Positions 28,074-40,700 of a stretch of 62,836 nucleotides of DNA are shown here, piece by piece. The notes beneath the pieces are model-generated. The model saw nothing but the letters and a program-made list of their open reading frames with translations. It was not told the origin of the DNA and did no database searches. Source of the DNA: a virus (taxonomy: Duplodnaviria; Caudoviricetes); the IMG/VR virus record IMGVR_UViG_3300002026_000067, positions 1 to 62,836 of that record; one strand, written 5' to 3'. The position numbers and the translations under genes are program-made. Positions within the stretch are counted from its first letter, which is position 1, and each line of letters opens with the position of its first letter.

Positions 28074-28675
28074 GATTTAGAGAATATTTAATTGAGGAGA
28101 AAGTTGATTTCACTGGTGTATTTGCAAAGGATATCAAGACGGTTAATGATATGCGGAGATATATGGATATTCCTGATATCATTACCGGTGATTGTTATTA
28201 TCCAGCAACAGGACTAATATCGTTAGAAGGCGGTCCATCAAAAGTCAATGGTGATTTTAATTGTGCTGATAATAAACTAGTTTCATTAAAAGGTGGCCCA
28301 TCAATAGTTGGTGGCCTTATCTATCAAGCTCGTGACAATTTAATATCGGATTTAGAAGGTGTTCCAACTGTTATTAGTTGGTTGGTATTATCTGGAAACA
28401 AAATTAAATCATTGCATAATATTCATAAACTTATTACTAAAGCAACCGGTGATGTTGCAACAATTAATCTTGATGATAATCCTATAGAATCAAATGTTTT
28501 GGGATTATGTTTAATACCTGGATTAAAACATGTTGACATGTTCAACGTTAAAAATGCACACTTGAAAAACGTACACTTGATAATTAATAAACATCTTAAT
28601 ACCGGACGTCAGGGTGTTATGGATTGTCAGACTGAATTAATAGCTGCTGGATATCCAGAATATGCAAAACTTTAA
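28070..28675 (+). CDS. LRR-like EYAKL-family protein (member 2)
   Basis: MRFREYLIEE; LISLEGGP and LVSLKGGP repeats; GRQGVMDCQTELIAAGYPEYAKL. Confidence 0.8.
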   Translation: MRFREYLIEEKVDFTGVFAKDIKTVNDMRRYMDIPDIITGDCYYPATGLISLEGGPSKVNGDFNCADNKLVSLKGGPSIVGGLIYQARDNLISDLEGVPTVISWLVLSGNKIKSLHNIHKLITKATGDVATINLDDNPIESNVLGLCLIPGLKHVDMFNVKNAHLKNVHLIINKHLNTGRQGVMDCQTELIAAGYPEYAKL

Positions 28676-28683
28676 GGAATGAA

Positions 28684-29073
28684 ATGGCAACTCCTATTAG
28701 AACAAAAACTTTTTACAAAGGATTTAGCACTGCTAAATATGAGCAATCCGGTGGGTCATTCGCCACTGCTAATATCGAAACAGTTAAACAAGATTTGCTA
28801 AATCATATTTGGACAGAGGTTGGTGAACGTGTTATGATGCCAAAATTCGGCACCCGTATCCCAACCCTCGCATTTGAGCCATGTGACGATATTACCAAGA
28901 GTATCGTGGAAGAAGATTTGCGAATGGTTGTTGAATATGATCCACGTGTTAAATTAATCAATCTTGAAGTTGTAACTCTACCAGATAATAACTGTATTGC
29001 TGCTTTCATTGATATTGAATATATCGAATTGAATATTCAAGACACTTTACACATTCAAGTAGGAACGAACTAA
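28684..29073 (+). CDS. gp25: Baseplate wedge subunit gp25-like
   Basis: T..GERVMMPKFGT.I..LAFEP...YDPRV. Confidence 0.9.
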   Translation: MATPIRTKTFYKGFSTAKYEQSGGSFATANIETVKQDLLNHIWTEVGERVMMPKFGTRIPTLAFEPCDDITKSIVEEDLRMVVEYDPRVKLINLEVVTLPDNNCIAAFIDIEYIELNIQDTLHIQVGTN

Positions 29074-29723
29074 TGAAATTTTCTGATTATTTATCTGAAG
29101 CTAAAAAGGCTAAAGAGTTAAATCTAATTGGTATGATTATTCATGATCGTAAAGTTACTGAAAAAACTCCTACTGAAAAGTGGAATGTCAATTTTATTTG
29201 TGATTCATGTGAATTAACTTCATTAGTCGGTGCCCCTGAAGAAGTACTATCATTTAGCTGCGATTATAATCATTTAACATCTTTGGTCGGCGCACCTAAA
29301 ACAGTAAAAAGTGATTTTAGTGCTTTGCAGCGTCAAGCTGCACTAAAATCACTTGAAGGATTACCGACATTTATTGGCAACAATCTTTATTTGTACAATA
29401 ACAGCATTTCACAATTGCATTCTTATCCAGTAATTGTTAAAGGTGGTATATACTTTCATAATAACAAACTTAAATCATTAAGCAATATTCATAAATTGTT
29501 TACAGAATGTGGTGAAGAGTTTGATGCTGATCAGAATCCTATTGTGTCAAATATTTTAGGTATTTTGTTTATTGAAGGTATTAAATATTTTAGAATGGAT
29601 TATAATCCTGCTGTAGAAAAAATTGTTAATTCATATTTAGATATTACGAATATTAGAAAACGGGTTATGGATTGTCAGACTGAATTAATACAAGCTGGAT
29701 GGCCGGAGTATGCAAAATTATGA
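29073..29723 (+). CDS. LRR-like EYAKL-family protein (member 3)
   Basis: MKFSDYLSEA; LTSLVGAP repeats; VMDCQTELIQAGWPEYAKL. Confidence 0.8.
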   Translation: MKFSDYLSEAKKAKELNLIGMIIHDRKVTEKTPTEKWNVNFICDSCELTSLVGAPEEVLSFSCDYNHLTSLVGAPKTVKSDFSALQRQAALKSLEGLPTFIGNNLYLYNNSISQLHSYPVIVKGGIYFHNNKLKSLSNIHKLFTECGEEFDADQNPIVSNILGILFIEGIKYFRMDYNPAVEKIVNSYLDITNIRKRVMDCQTELIQAGWPEYAKL

Positions 29724-30352
29724 AATTTAAAGAATATTTATCTGAGAGTAATAATTATGTCGGCAGATATTTTTATTATTTACCATTATTCTCAACAACA
29801 AAAAGAGACCCTATTGAGATGGTAAAATCTGTTAAAAAGGCTATTAAAGATGTTGGTAAGGTAAAAATATCACCAATAGAGGATTTTTCAAATTCACAAT
29901 TTAGCTTTTCTATATCTGCTGACACGGTTGTTCCCCTTCATCATTTAATAAATGTTATGATTAATGAGTTAAATGTATTAGCAGGACCTTTACATACCGA
30001 ATTAGAAATGATAGAATATACTGCTAGTAATCTTAATTTGACAACAACAGATAAATTACCACCAAAAATTGATGCAGCATTGAATCTTAAAGAGAATAAA
30101 CTTACATCACTCCATAATATCCATATGCATATTAAAGAAATAAATGGTAATCTTCTCGTTTCAGATAATAATATTACTGAATGTGTATTGGGCGTTCTCT
30201 TAATTAAAAATTTAACGCATATTTACATGGATAATAAACCATTGCAGGTTATCATCAATAAGTATCTCCCTAACACCAGAGGCCGTCAGGGCGTCATGGA
30301 TTGTCAAACTGAGTTAATGGCGGCAAACTTCTCGGAATTCGCAAAACTATGA
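29720..30352 (+). CDS. EYAKL-family protein (member 4)
   Basis: MKFKEYLSES; LTSLHNIH; GRQGVMDCQTELMAANFSEFAKL. Confidence 0.8.
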   Translation: MKFKEYLSESNNYVGRYFYYLPLFSTTKRDPIEMVKSVKKAIKDVGKVKISPIEDFSNSQFSFSISADTVVPLHHLINVMINELNVLAGPLHTELEMIEYTASNLNLTTTDKLPPKIDAALNLKENKLTSLHNIHMHIKEINGNLLVSDNNITECVLGVLLIKNLTHIYMDNKPLQVIINKYLPNTRGRQGVMDCQTELMAANFSEFAKL

Positions 30353-31026
30353 AAATATTTGAACTGTTAAATGAAGGTCTTTCACCTGTTAAAGATACAG
30401 TGATGAATAGAAACAAAGAATATGTGTTACATCAAAACCTTTATAGTGATAGACAATTCTCTAAATTTGCCAAAACTTATGTTGGTAAATTTCCAGCAAT
30501 GGAATATATTATCTCTACACAAGAACCTCGGTTAAGAGATAACTATCTTAAAGATGATTTTAAAAATTGTGATGTGCGTAGTACTAATGTCACAATTGTT
30601 GATACTTTAGACATCGGTTACTATGACAAATTAGGTCCTCCACCATTTAACATTGTAAAAACTGATAAGTTTTATATCGATAATGCTAAAAAATTAAAAA
30701 CTATTCCAAGTTGGTTTCCAACTGAAGCAACAGAAATCATGCTATCGAATACAGGTATTACCTCATTTAAAGGAATAGAAAAGATAATTAAAAAATGTGA
30801 GTATATTACTGTTAGTGGTGGAAACAGCGAAATTATTACCAGTCATTTGCTTGGATTAATTCTGATAGAAGGTTTGATAAAAGCCTCATTTTATTTTACT
30901 AGTGGACTAGGCGCAAATGATGCCTTTGCTATAATTAAAAAATATATAGGCAAAGGGCGTCAAGGTATTATGGACTGTCAAACTGAACTTATTCATGCCG
31001 GTCTTAGCGAATACGCAAAGCTGTAA
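30349..31026 (+). CDS. EYAKL-family protein (member 5)
   Basis: MKIFELLNE; ITSFKGIEK; GRQGIMDCQTELIHAGLSEYAKL. Confidence 0.8.
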   Translation: MKIFELLNEGLSPVKDTVMNRNKEYVLHQNLYSDRQFSKFAKTYVGKFPAMEYIISTQEPRLRDNYLKDDFKNCDVRSTNVTIVDTLDIGYYDKLGPPPFNIVKTDKFYIDNAKKLKTIPSWFPTEATEIMLSNTGITSFKGIEKIIKKCEYITVSGGNSEIITSHLLGLILIEGLIKASFYFTSGLGANDAFAIIKKYIGKGRQGIMDCQTELIHAGLSEYAKL

Positions 31027-31070
31027 ATCGATAAATAGTAACATCACTCAAAGTTTATTGGATTAATCGA

Positions 31071-34000
31071 ATGGCAATTAAAAACACATATTATGCTGAA
31101 TCTTGGGATGCTATCTATACTGCATTCGAAAAGGTAAATTTCGCTTCATTTGACTATGATTCCATAAAGGAAGGTTTGCTTTCCTATATGAAGTTGTATT
31201 ACAAGGAGAGCTTTAACGATTATATCGAAAGCTCTGAAGCTGTTGCTATTATTGAAATGTTTGCATATATTGCTGAACAGTTATCATATCGTATCGATAT
31301 GAACAGCCATGAGGTGTTCATCACAGATGCTGAACGTAAACAATCAATTCTAAAATTAGCAAAATTGATTAGCTATACTGCATCACGTAATTTACCTGCA
31401 CGTGGTATGGTTAAGATCACTTCAATCTCAACAACTGAAACGATTACTGATAGTCAAGGTAATAACCTTGCGAATTTAACGATTTTCTGGAATGATCCAA
31501 ATAATTCGTTATGGAAGGAACAGTTCTTTCTAGTTATGAATCGCGTTATGGCTGGTAAATTTGGTCAGCCATCAAAAGTATCTACCGTTGGTGATGTGTC
31601 ATTTCAGCTTTACACGTTCAATAACCAATTATCGTCATTCACGAATTCAGTATATCGTTATGGTGCTGATACCGGCGCAGATAATTTCCCAATGGAAATT
31701 GTTACTGCAGACTTAGATGATAATGGTCCATTCGAAAAAGCACCTGATGTTAATAACCAAATGAATGTGTTGTATTCAAATGATGGTCTTGGTGATGGTT
31801 CAGACTTAACAGGTTTCTTACTTTATACCAAACAAGGTTTACTATCGCTTATTGATTACACCTTTGATGGTAGAATTCCTAATAGAAATATCGATGTGAA
31901 TCTACAGAATATCAATGACACTGACGTATGGGTTCATAAGGTAGATACTTCTGGTAGAATTACTGAACGTTGGGTTAAAGTCGATACTGTAAATGAACAA
32001 AATCTGCATTTTAGTTTAGATCGTAATCGTAAAAAGTTTGAAGTTGAAACTTTAGAAAACGATTCAGTGAAACTTATCTTTGGTGATGGCGACTTCTCCG
32101 ATATTCCAGTGGGTCGTTACTTTATTTGGTGCCGTCAGTCAGCTAACACTAATTCAGTTATTCAGAAAAATACGGCTGTAAACCAACCAATGATCTTTAC
32201 CTATCGTTCTACTTTAGGTATTACTGAAACAAGTTCACTCACTTTCAGTCTAACATCATCTTTAACTAATTCCTCACTGTCAGAAGATATTGAGCATATT
32301 AGACAGGCAGCTCCTACTGTTTATTACTCACAAGGTCGAATGGTTAATGGGCAAGATTACAATACATTCTTGTTACGTGATCCACGCGTATTGCACCTTA
32401 AAACTATTAACAGAACCTTTGCAGGTCAACCGAAGCATGTTGAATGGAATGATGCTTCTGGTCAATACCAAAATGTGAAATTATTTGGTGATGATCTTCA
32501 AATTGGATATGAATTTAGACACAATGCAGTTAACACTACTGAATCTGGTAGAAGTTTGATTGATAATGTTCTTGAGCCATTACTTAGAACGCCAGGTGTC
32601 ATCAATATGATGATTCACCAAACCGCAGCTATGTTACCAGGTGTTGTATCTACGCCACGAACCAAGTTTATCGAAAATGGCGCAAATTGGATGGAGAAAA
32701 CTCTTATCCAAGGTTTTATCGATCGCCATTATTATGGAGAACCTGATAGCACTACAACAGTAAATAATATTCTGTATGCAGTTGTTGACAATGATGCTGA
32801 TCAACATATCTACCTTGATACTTTACCACGTATAATCGGCGGTAGTTATGTGCAGGGTAGCGGTTTGCAATCAGTATCTGATCAGCCACACTTTGGTCTT
32901 AGATTCGAACGCTATATTAAAATGTTTAATCTTACGGGTAATATCACCGGTATTACTGCAAATTCTTCATTATTACCACAGACCTTCACAATAGAATGTG
33001 CTGCTAATCAAACATCATTTACTGTTATCAGTTCAATAAATGGTAGATTAGCTGATGCTGCAGTGGGTGAAGTTTATTCAAATGGTGGAATATCATTTAC
33101 GATCACTAACACTGGTGCATATGTCCAAGGTGATACATTTATTCTAGATATCCATGCACAAAAGGTGCTTGTTGAATCTTCATCTTTTGATTTGTCAATG
33201 CGTAATTCATCTGATTATGATTTAAGAGTGTTTATTGACAGTGTAGAAACTACAGCATTCTCATTTAGTACCGTTACTGATTTATGCACATTCACGGTAC
33301 CAATAACCATTGGTAAAACAGTATCATTCGTGTTTGAACGTAAACCGTATGGTGGTAATCGCTGTAATCTGATGGGTCGCTGGTATACTATAATCGGTGA
33401 CAACATTGACGATGAAATTAATTCGTTTGACCCGATCACTGGTGGCGGAGTTAATGACAGTTCATGGACTATTAAAGTTGATAGAATTTTTGATAATGCA
33501 GGGAATGCATTAGGTTTTACCACTACTTATCGTGATCTTAAATTAGTTGCTTACAGCCCAACTACTAAATTCTGGTATAACACGAATGACCAAATTCTAG
33601 ATTCACAAACGAAGAATGCCGTTCGTGATAAAATATTGGTGCTTCGATCTAATCTTTATACAAATAGGGTTACTGGTGCATTGCTTCCATTAGGTTCTAA
33701 TCAGGTTTATGATGTCGTTGGAAATGTACGTGATAGCTCAGGTGTCGTCGCTCCTAATCTTTTAGAAGTAATGCCCGCTGGTACTTTGGACTTACTAGTG
33801 TCTGGTACTGGTGTGACAGATAATGTAATGCAATTTGAAGATTTTGCATTAGTTGATTATTCATATGAACGAAAAATTGGTTCTAAGTTTTATCCTATCA
33901 CCGATACTTCATTACAAATAACAATTACTGGTGGTCTAACATTACTCACTGAATCATTTGCTCCTGGCAGTTTCACTGTTACCGATACTGCTACTGGCGC

Positions 34001-34643
34001 ACTTTATCGTAGATATTTGACACGTAAGAGTCTCGATTTTATGTGGCAGCATTTTAGTCCATATACCAATCTCATTGATCCAGCAACGACAAATATTCAC
34101 GATGCTTACTTACTAACTCGAGGTTATTATGATGAGGTAACTGCTTATCTGAATAACATCACCACTACTGTTCCTACACCGCCGACTCCATTAGTGCTGC
34201 GTAATACATTCGGTATGCTGCTGAATAATAAGATGATGTCAGACACTATGATATTACACTCCGCTAAAATAAAGCTTTTATTTGGTCAGAAGGCCTCACC
34301 AGAATTACGTGCTAAATTTACGGTAGTTATGACCCCAAGTGCGTCATTGACAAATGACCAAGTAAAAGCTGAAATTCTTGATGTTATTACTAACCATTTC
34401 TCTATTGCTAACTGGACATTTGGTTCAACATTTTATGCAACTGAATTGATATCGTTAATTCATCAACGTTTACCTGCAGATATTGCATCAGTTGTTATTG
34501 TTCCGTTGTATGTTAATAACTCTTTTGGTTCTATGTTCGTTGTAGAGTCTGGTGTAGATGAAATTCTTCAATCTTGTGCTCAATTATCTGATATTGAGAT
34601 AGTTTCAACACTTACTTCTGCAATTATTCGTCAAAGCGTCTAA
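31071..34643 (+). CDS. gp6: Baseplate wedge subunit gp6-like (extended)
   Basis: FDYDSIK..L...FNDY.ESS, A.R.SI..LAK.ISY, L.FGDG, EDIEHIR..AP..Y.SQGRMV...DY; GATAAATA at 31030-31037. Confidence 0.85.
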   Translation: MAIKNTYYAESWDAIYTAFEKVNFASFDYDSIKEGLLSYMKLYYKESFNDYIESSEAVAIIEMFAYIAEQLSYRIDMNSHEVFITDAERKQSILKLAKLISYTASRNLPARGMVKITSISTTETITDSQGNNLANLTIFWNDPNNSLWKEQFFLVMNRVMAGKFGQPSKVSTVGDVSFQLYTFNNQLSSFTNSVYRYGADTGADNFPMEIVTADLDDNGPFEKAPDVNNQMNVLYSNDGLGDGSDLTGFLLYTKQGLLSLIDYTFDGRIPNRNIDVNLQNINDTDVWVHKVDTSGRITERWVKVDTVNEQNLHFSLDRNRKKFEVETLENDSVKLIFGDGDFSDIPVGRYFIWCRQSANTNSVIQKNTAVNQPMIFTYRSTLGITETSSLTFSLTSSLTNSSLSEDIEHIRQAAPTVYYSQGRMVNGQDYNTFLLRDPRVLHLKTINRTFAGQPKHVEWNDASGQYQNVKLFGDDLQIGYEFRHNAVNTTESGRSLIDNVLEPLLRTPGVINMMIHQTAAMLPGVVSTPRTKFIENGANWMEKTLIQGFIDRHYYGEPDSTTTVNNILYAVVDNDADQHIYLDTLPRIIGGSYVQGSGLQSVSDQPHFGLRFERYIKMFNLTGNITGITANSSLLPQTFTIECAANQTSFTVISSINGRLADAAVGEVYSNGGISFTITNTGAYVQGDTFILDIHAQKVLVESSSFDLSMRNSSDYDLRVFIDSVETTAFSFSTVTDLCTFTVPITIGKTVSFVFERKPYGGNRCNLMGRWYTIIGDNIDDEINSFDPITGGGVNDSSWTIKVDRIFDNAGNALGFTTTYRDLKLVAYSPTTKFWYNTNDQILDSQTKNAVRDKILVLRSNLYTNRVTGALLPLGSNQVYDVVGNVRDSSGVVAPNLLEVMPAGTLDLLVSGTGVTDNVMQFEDFALVDYSYERKIGSKFYPITDTSLQITITGGLTLLTESFAPGSFTVTDTATGALYRRYLTRKSLDFMWQHFSPYTNLIDPATTNIHDAYLLTRGYYDEVTAYLNNITTTVPTPPTPLVLRNTFGMLLNNKMMSDTMILHSAKIKLLFGQKASPELRAKFTVVMTPSASLTNDQVKAEILDVITNHFSIANWTFGSTFYATELISLIHQRLPADIASVVIVPLYVNNSFGSMFVVESGVDEILQSCAQLSDIEIVSTLTSAIIRQSV

Positions 34644-34649
34644 TGGTAT

Positions 34650-34678
34650 AAAGGTCGGACTTACTCTCCGACCTTTTA
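34650..34678 (+). terminator. Intrinsic terminator after gp6
   Basis: AAAGGTCGGA-CTTACTC-TCCGACCTTTT. Confidence 0.7.
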
Positions 34679-34731
34679 TCAGATCAAATAAATAGAGTTG
34701 TTAAACAATTCTTTTTAGATGGCGTGAAAAT

Positions 34732-37700
34732 ATGAGCGATTACCAGAAGCCGCACGTGGATTTAAGTAACTTACTACCACAATACCTTCGCAATAAAACA
34801 AATGATTCACTGTTTAAGAACGTCTTTAATAAGATGCTCACTAAACAAGAGTCTTTACCATTGCTCGGTTATGTTGGTGATAAAGTTTTATCTGATGTGC
34901 TGCCCGCACTACCACAACCTAATCTAGAACGTGAACTAAATACTCTTCAACCGATGGTTTATGCTAAAATTGGTAATGAAGAACAGGTATTCACGTTCAA
35001 TGATATTATCCAGAAATTAAATCTGTTAGGTGTTGATACTAATGAGATGGATAGTTGGGCGACTGCAAAGAGTTTCAATTATGTGCCGCCCATCGATTTG
35101 GATATGTTCATTAACTATCCACGTTATTTTTGGTATGGTGGTTTATTATCTGACAATATCAAGTCACAGGTCACGTTCAATTCAACGTTAGAGCCTGAAT
35201 ATTACGTAATAGGTTTACCGGGTGATAAGCTCCTTCAGTTAACTGAGGTAGAAGCTGTTGCCGATTCAAATATTACATTATCCGGTGACAATCAAATAAT
35301 TGATGGAGTTACTTTAGAGATAGGAGATCGCGTTTTAGTTGTCAATAAAAATGCTGCTAATCCATTGTATCCACATTCAGACTGTGGTATCTACATTGTT
35401 GCAACGGGTAATTGGGAAAGAGCATCTGATCTCTCAAGTTCATCGGCATTTAAAAATAATGCTTTTGTTTTAGTTCGTAATGGTACTAATCATGGTCATA
35501 CATACTGGACACTGTCCGTACCACAGTATGTGTCTATTGGTGAGACTCCGATTATGTGGACACGCCATCAACGAATCATTACCGATTGGACACTTAACAA
35601 TTTCTGGGCTCACGAAGATGATTTATTGATTCTTAATATACCTGTTGCACAATGTGTACAAGCAACAGCTCCTATTGTTCAGTATGATTTCAATCTCGAA
35701 TTGAATAATGCATTCAACAATATTGGCCCTACATCACCTGCAGGTTCGGTAGACAGCATTGCATTAATTAGTAATGGTGCAAACTATTCAGAATTACCAA
35801 CAGTAACTATTGCCGCGCCATTAACATACCCAGCCATTGGAATATTTCCTGCTGAGGTTGCAGTTAGTTGGCTTGATCAAGCAGCTGGATCAATAAAAAT
35901 TGATCCCGTTTCCGGTGGCATAGGTTATGTTGATGCTCCTGCTATTACGATCACTGGTGGTGGTCAATGGACAGCAGAAGCAAAAGCTTATGCGACATTA
36001 GGCACTGATAATACACAAACAGATGTTACTTACATCACACAACAGAAATATTTGTTCAATCAAGTGCCACAATTCAATCTGTATTGGTTAGATGGAAGCC
36101 ATGCAAATAAAACCTCTGCTATTTTTTACTATGCTGAAAATCAACAGTATGATATCGATTCTGTCATTAAACGTAGAATTGCACGTGATGTGAATGGCGA
36201 CTTCTTATTTGAGCAAGGCTTGTTGAATGAAAGTAATATTCAACATTTCTTTAAAGTAAATAATCAACTTCAAGGTATTTGGCATCCTGGCGTAGAAACA
36301 AAACCTAAATGGGTTAAACGTGGTTTAGACGGTTTACCGGTTGATTATCCTGCTGGACCTCTGAATAAAGATGCTTTATACGGTAAAGCCAGTGTCGTTG
36401 CAACCACAACAGAACATATAACATCATTGAATGGCAAACTTATTCTTGATGGATATCAAACATCAAATGGCGATAGAGTTTTAGTTAAGGATCAACTTGT
36501 TGGTGCTAAGCAAGATAACGGTATTTACATTGTTGGTCAAGGGTATCTTCAAACCCCGTATGTAATTGTGACAACCACAACAACCCCGACAGTGCAAGCA
36601 AACATTATATGCACAATTAACAGAGGACGTATCTCAGGATTTAGAATTATTGATGGTGGTAGTGGTTATTCTGCATTTACTGGTGAAACACAAATACATT
36701 TTGAATCTGCAAACGGTGTAGGTCTACCTACTGATGGCGCGCCTGCTTATGCGATACCTGTTGTTCGTGAATCCGATGGTGCTATTACTGAAGTACAGTT
36801 AGTAAATGGTGGACACTGGAAACGTGCACCTGATGTATCAGCTAATCTGTTACACGGCATTCACACTTTCGTTGTTAATGGTGATACCTTTGCAAATACC
36901 TATTGGTCATTAGATACAAACAATCCAATGGTTGTTGATACCACCCCTCTAATATTTAGACAATATGAAGAAGGTGATGGTGCATGGTCTATTCCTGAGC
37001 AAATGTTCCATAATCTAAAACACGAAAATAGAAAGCAAATCGGTTACGGTGATCTGTATGAACACTTCTTTTCTATTATCGGTGCACAACCGCTCTTAGA
37101 AGGTTCACCTTTCGGTTTTAACAATTGGCGTCATCTTAGCAATAAAGATTTAGGTCTCGGTGGCACTATTCGAGATTACAATACTAGTTTCGATTTGTTT
37201 ATCGGTATTATGAATCAACGCGATATTTCCATATTGTCAATGTTAGATTTTGCTGAACTTCAATATAGTCAGGCATTGAATACTATCTCTGAATTCTTTA
37301 CACAGAATATTAGTGAATTACTAACATCCGGTTTATTAGGGTCTGTTCCAAATGTGAACATCACAAATCCTATAATTACTGCATTATTTGATAAGTACAT
37401 AGCGAATACAGCAGCAAGAACTGATTTAAGCGGAATTTATTATGATTCTACTAATCCATTACCAAATTGGCCAGCAACATTACCATATTTAGGTTTAATT
37501 TACGATGTGGCTAATCCAACGATGGCAAAACGTGTTAAACCTGAAATAACATTTGATAATGAAATTGGTTTAGATGTTATTATTCACCATGACGGTCATC
37601 GTTCACCGGCGATTGCAAAAAATGTTGCTTATGAACAAGCTCTTGTTAAAACTACGATTGCACGTTCAACTGGTGAACTTGTACCTGGTATTTTCTCATC

Positions 37701-40700
37701 TACTACTCCAGCAATTGCAACATCACTGCAGATGTTTAAGAATCAGCTTTGGTATAATCCTACTGACAATAGTGTCTACTATTTCAATGTAACTAGCGAT
37801 ACCACTCCGGTTTATCCAGTGAATCACGGTGATTTTTGGTTTAACAGAAGCAACAATGTGCTTAGCAAATGGAATCAAGGTGCTAATGGTGGTCTTGGTG
37901 ATTGGATTGTCCACACTAATATAGCAGATGCCTGGAAGCCATTCTACTTTCATAATATTCTCAATTCATTGATTTTGTGTGTTGAAACTTCATTGTATAA
38001 CAATGTACAACCATTGCAACCATCAAATTGGGATATCACTGCAGCAGAAACTAATCCACTTCTAGAACAAGAATTGGCTAAATATGCAGCTCGTAACGGA
38101 TACGATATGTATGCTCCTGATTATATTGCTGCAAATGCATATACCTGGAACTACTCAGGTTTAACTAATGGTATTATCTCAGGATTATCGTTATCAACAT
38201 ATCCAGCTAGATGGTTTGATCTGTACAAAGCATATTTTAAACACCCTTTAACAGGATTGTCAACCTGCAGACCTAATCTTGAGCCATGGATTTTAACTAG
38301 TGAAACTGAATCAGTGTTTAGAACACAGTGTGGTGTATTTGGCTCTCCTGCTATGTGGTCGTATGTAAAAACGAAGTGGTCGAAAAAATTATCTGTTGAT
38401 ATTACTGGCACTCTTGCTACTAATCCATCATACGGTTCACTGTTGCCTCCATATGTTAATCCTTCTATGTCAACATCAAGTGAAGCAATATTGAATGTAA
38501 TTCCTGACAACATTAGCAAAGGTTATGTTTTTGGTGATAATGGTCCTATTGAATTAGTTTGGAGAAAAAGCTTAGAATACAATTATGCTCTATTGAGAAC
38601 CTCATTTAAAATTGACCCAATCAATTTTATTTCAAAGACATGGGGATCAAATAAGGCAGTGGTTAATGAATATGAATTAGATCGTTCAGCTGGTCGTCGC
38701 GAAAATTGGTTAGAATTCAAACTTCACGGTGACACTATTAATACCCCGATCACTCGTGATCTAAAAGTATTGTTTGAGCCATTGCTTGATAAGCAAACTG
38801 CTGCTTATCCAAATGTGCGACCAACCCCTGTCACTTATCCATTAGTACCATTATGTTTCTCTGGTACAGATGGAGATTATCCATTAGCAACACCTGAGAA
38901 ACCTATTACATGGTTCCTTAAGGATTTAACTCTTACCCCATTAGGTGGTATTTGGAGAAACATATTCACTGATACCGACGGTTTTGAATATGAAATGGAT
39001 CCAGTAGCAGTAGGTACACCATATATTACTCAATGGATAAGTTTTACTCTACGTGATAGTGGTCTTGATTTTGAATTGCACGATACTATCAAAATTACAT
39101 ATGATGGTTCTGCATATAACTTTGAATTTAACCCATCACGCTATAAGTTGTTTAATGGATTAAATCAGATTTATGTGAATTTGCTACGTTATAATGGCAC
39201 TGACCCATCTATCGCATTCAATGTTGTTATGTTACGTAATTGGAAATTGCAATTAGGATATCGTGTGTCAGGACTTGTTGATACAGATTCATTAAAATTA
39301 TCATCAGACAATTTCAGTTTGCATAAATCAAGCTTTAGAGCTCTTTTGAAACAGAATCCTGCACAACGTGAGACATGGTTAGATGCAATTCGTATTCAAT
39401 TAGTTCAAATGGGTACCACACAATGGGATTCAGATGGTGGATATAACATCCCACGTCAAGGTATGTTAGCAGATGACTGGTCATTCAGAATTGAGACATT
39501 TAATCCACGTCACCCAGTACTCACATATTTTAATGTTGACACTTCTAGTTCTTATCAAACCTTTAATGCATTGGTAAATTCTGCTGCATTACAAGCTAGA
39601 GCTGAAGCACAGCAGTTATTATCTGATGTAACAGCAGCATACCAATTACAGTTAAAACAACCTGCTGGATCAGTCACGACTGCCGAATATGCAGCTGCTC
39701 TAGCAGCCGTTCAAGATGCAAGCAATGCCCTTGCTGCAGCAAATAATAAAAATGAAGAATGGCGTATTTACAATACGATCAAAGTTGATACTACTAACAG
39801 TGATCCTGCTTTACGCACTGATGCAAATGGTTTAATTACCAGGGTCGCACCGTTCACAGTGGTCGGTCTTCAAAATGTGCTTAACTTTATTTACGGTTAT
39901 TTGATGAGACTTGAGGCTGATGGATGGGCTTTTAATGCAGGTGATGGTCAAATCATTGATCAAGAAACCGGTAGAGCATTAGGTTGGCAGTTAGATATTG
40001 AAAAATTTATTTACTCGATTTATCATGGTGCTATTGCAGGTACTGGCAATATCTTGAATCCATTTATGAGTTCTGTTTGGTTCAAGACTCCACGCGGTAT
40101 GTTAACATCATTTGATAGACCACTGTTCTCAGACATTAGCACTTCACAATTAGTATTTGATGTGCTAGGTGGAACAGTTTCTAAATCGAATCTTCGTGTC
40201 TTTAGACAGGATGAAATTTCAGAAGTTGTTTCAAATATTCCAATGATGAGTGCACACTTTATAGTTGATGAATATGAACACGTTCTATTGTTCACTGACT
40301 ACAATGATATGTCGCAGAATAAAGGATTGATTTATGACCAATTCCTTGGAATAAGAATCAATAGAATTATTTTTGATGGTGAGCGTCAACTTTATTTTAA
40401 TGGTAGACCTTCTTACGGCGGACATTACTTGTATGGTAATGAGGTTCGTGAAAATATCGAGGCAAGCGTAGAGGGCATCCTTGATTACTATGATGCAAAT
40501 CATATTAGTGCTGATAACAAAGCAGCAAAAGCGGCACGTGAATTGTTAGGTTATCAGAAAAAAGATTATATGTCAGCTATTGATATGACTGATAAGAGTC
40601 AATTCCATTTCTGGAGAGGTTTGATTCATAATAAGGGATCAAACAATTCAATGGGTGCATTCCTTAACAGTGCTAAGTTTAAATCTGCGGCTATGGATGA

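Noticed and set aside
28070-31026. C-terminal AKL as a peroxisomal (PTS1) signal implying a eukaryotic host
   Set aside because: SD sequences, sigma70-type promoters, gp55 and spanins indicate a bacterial host; one paralog ends in AKN.
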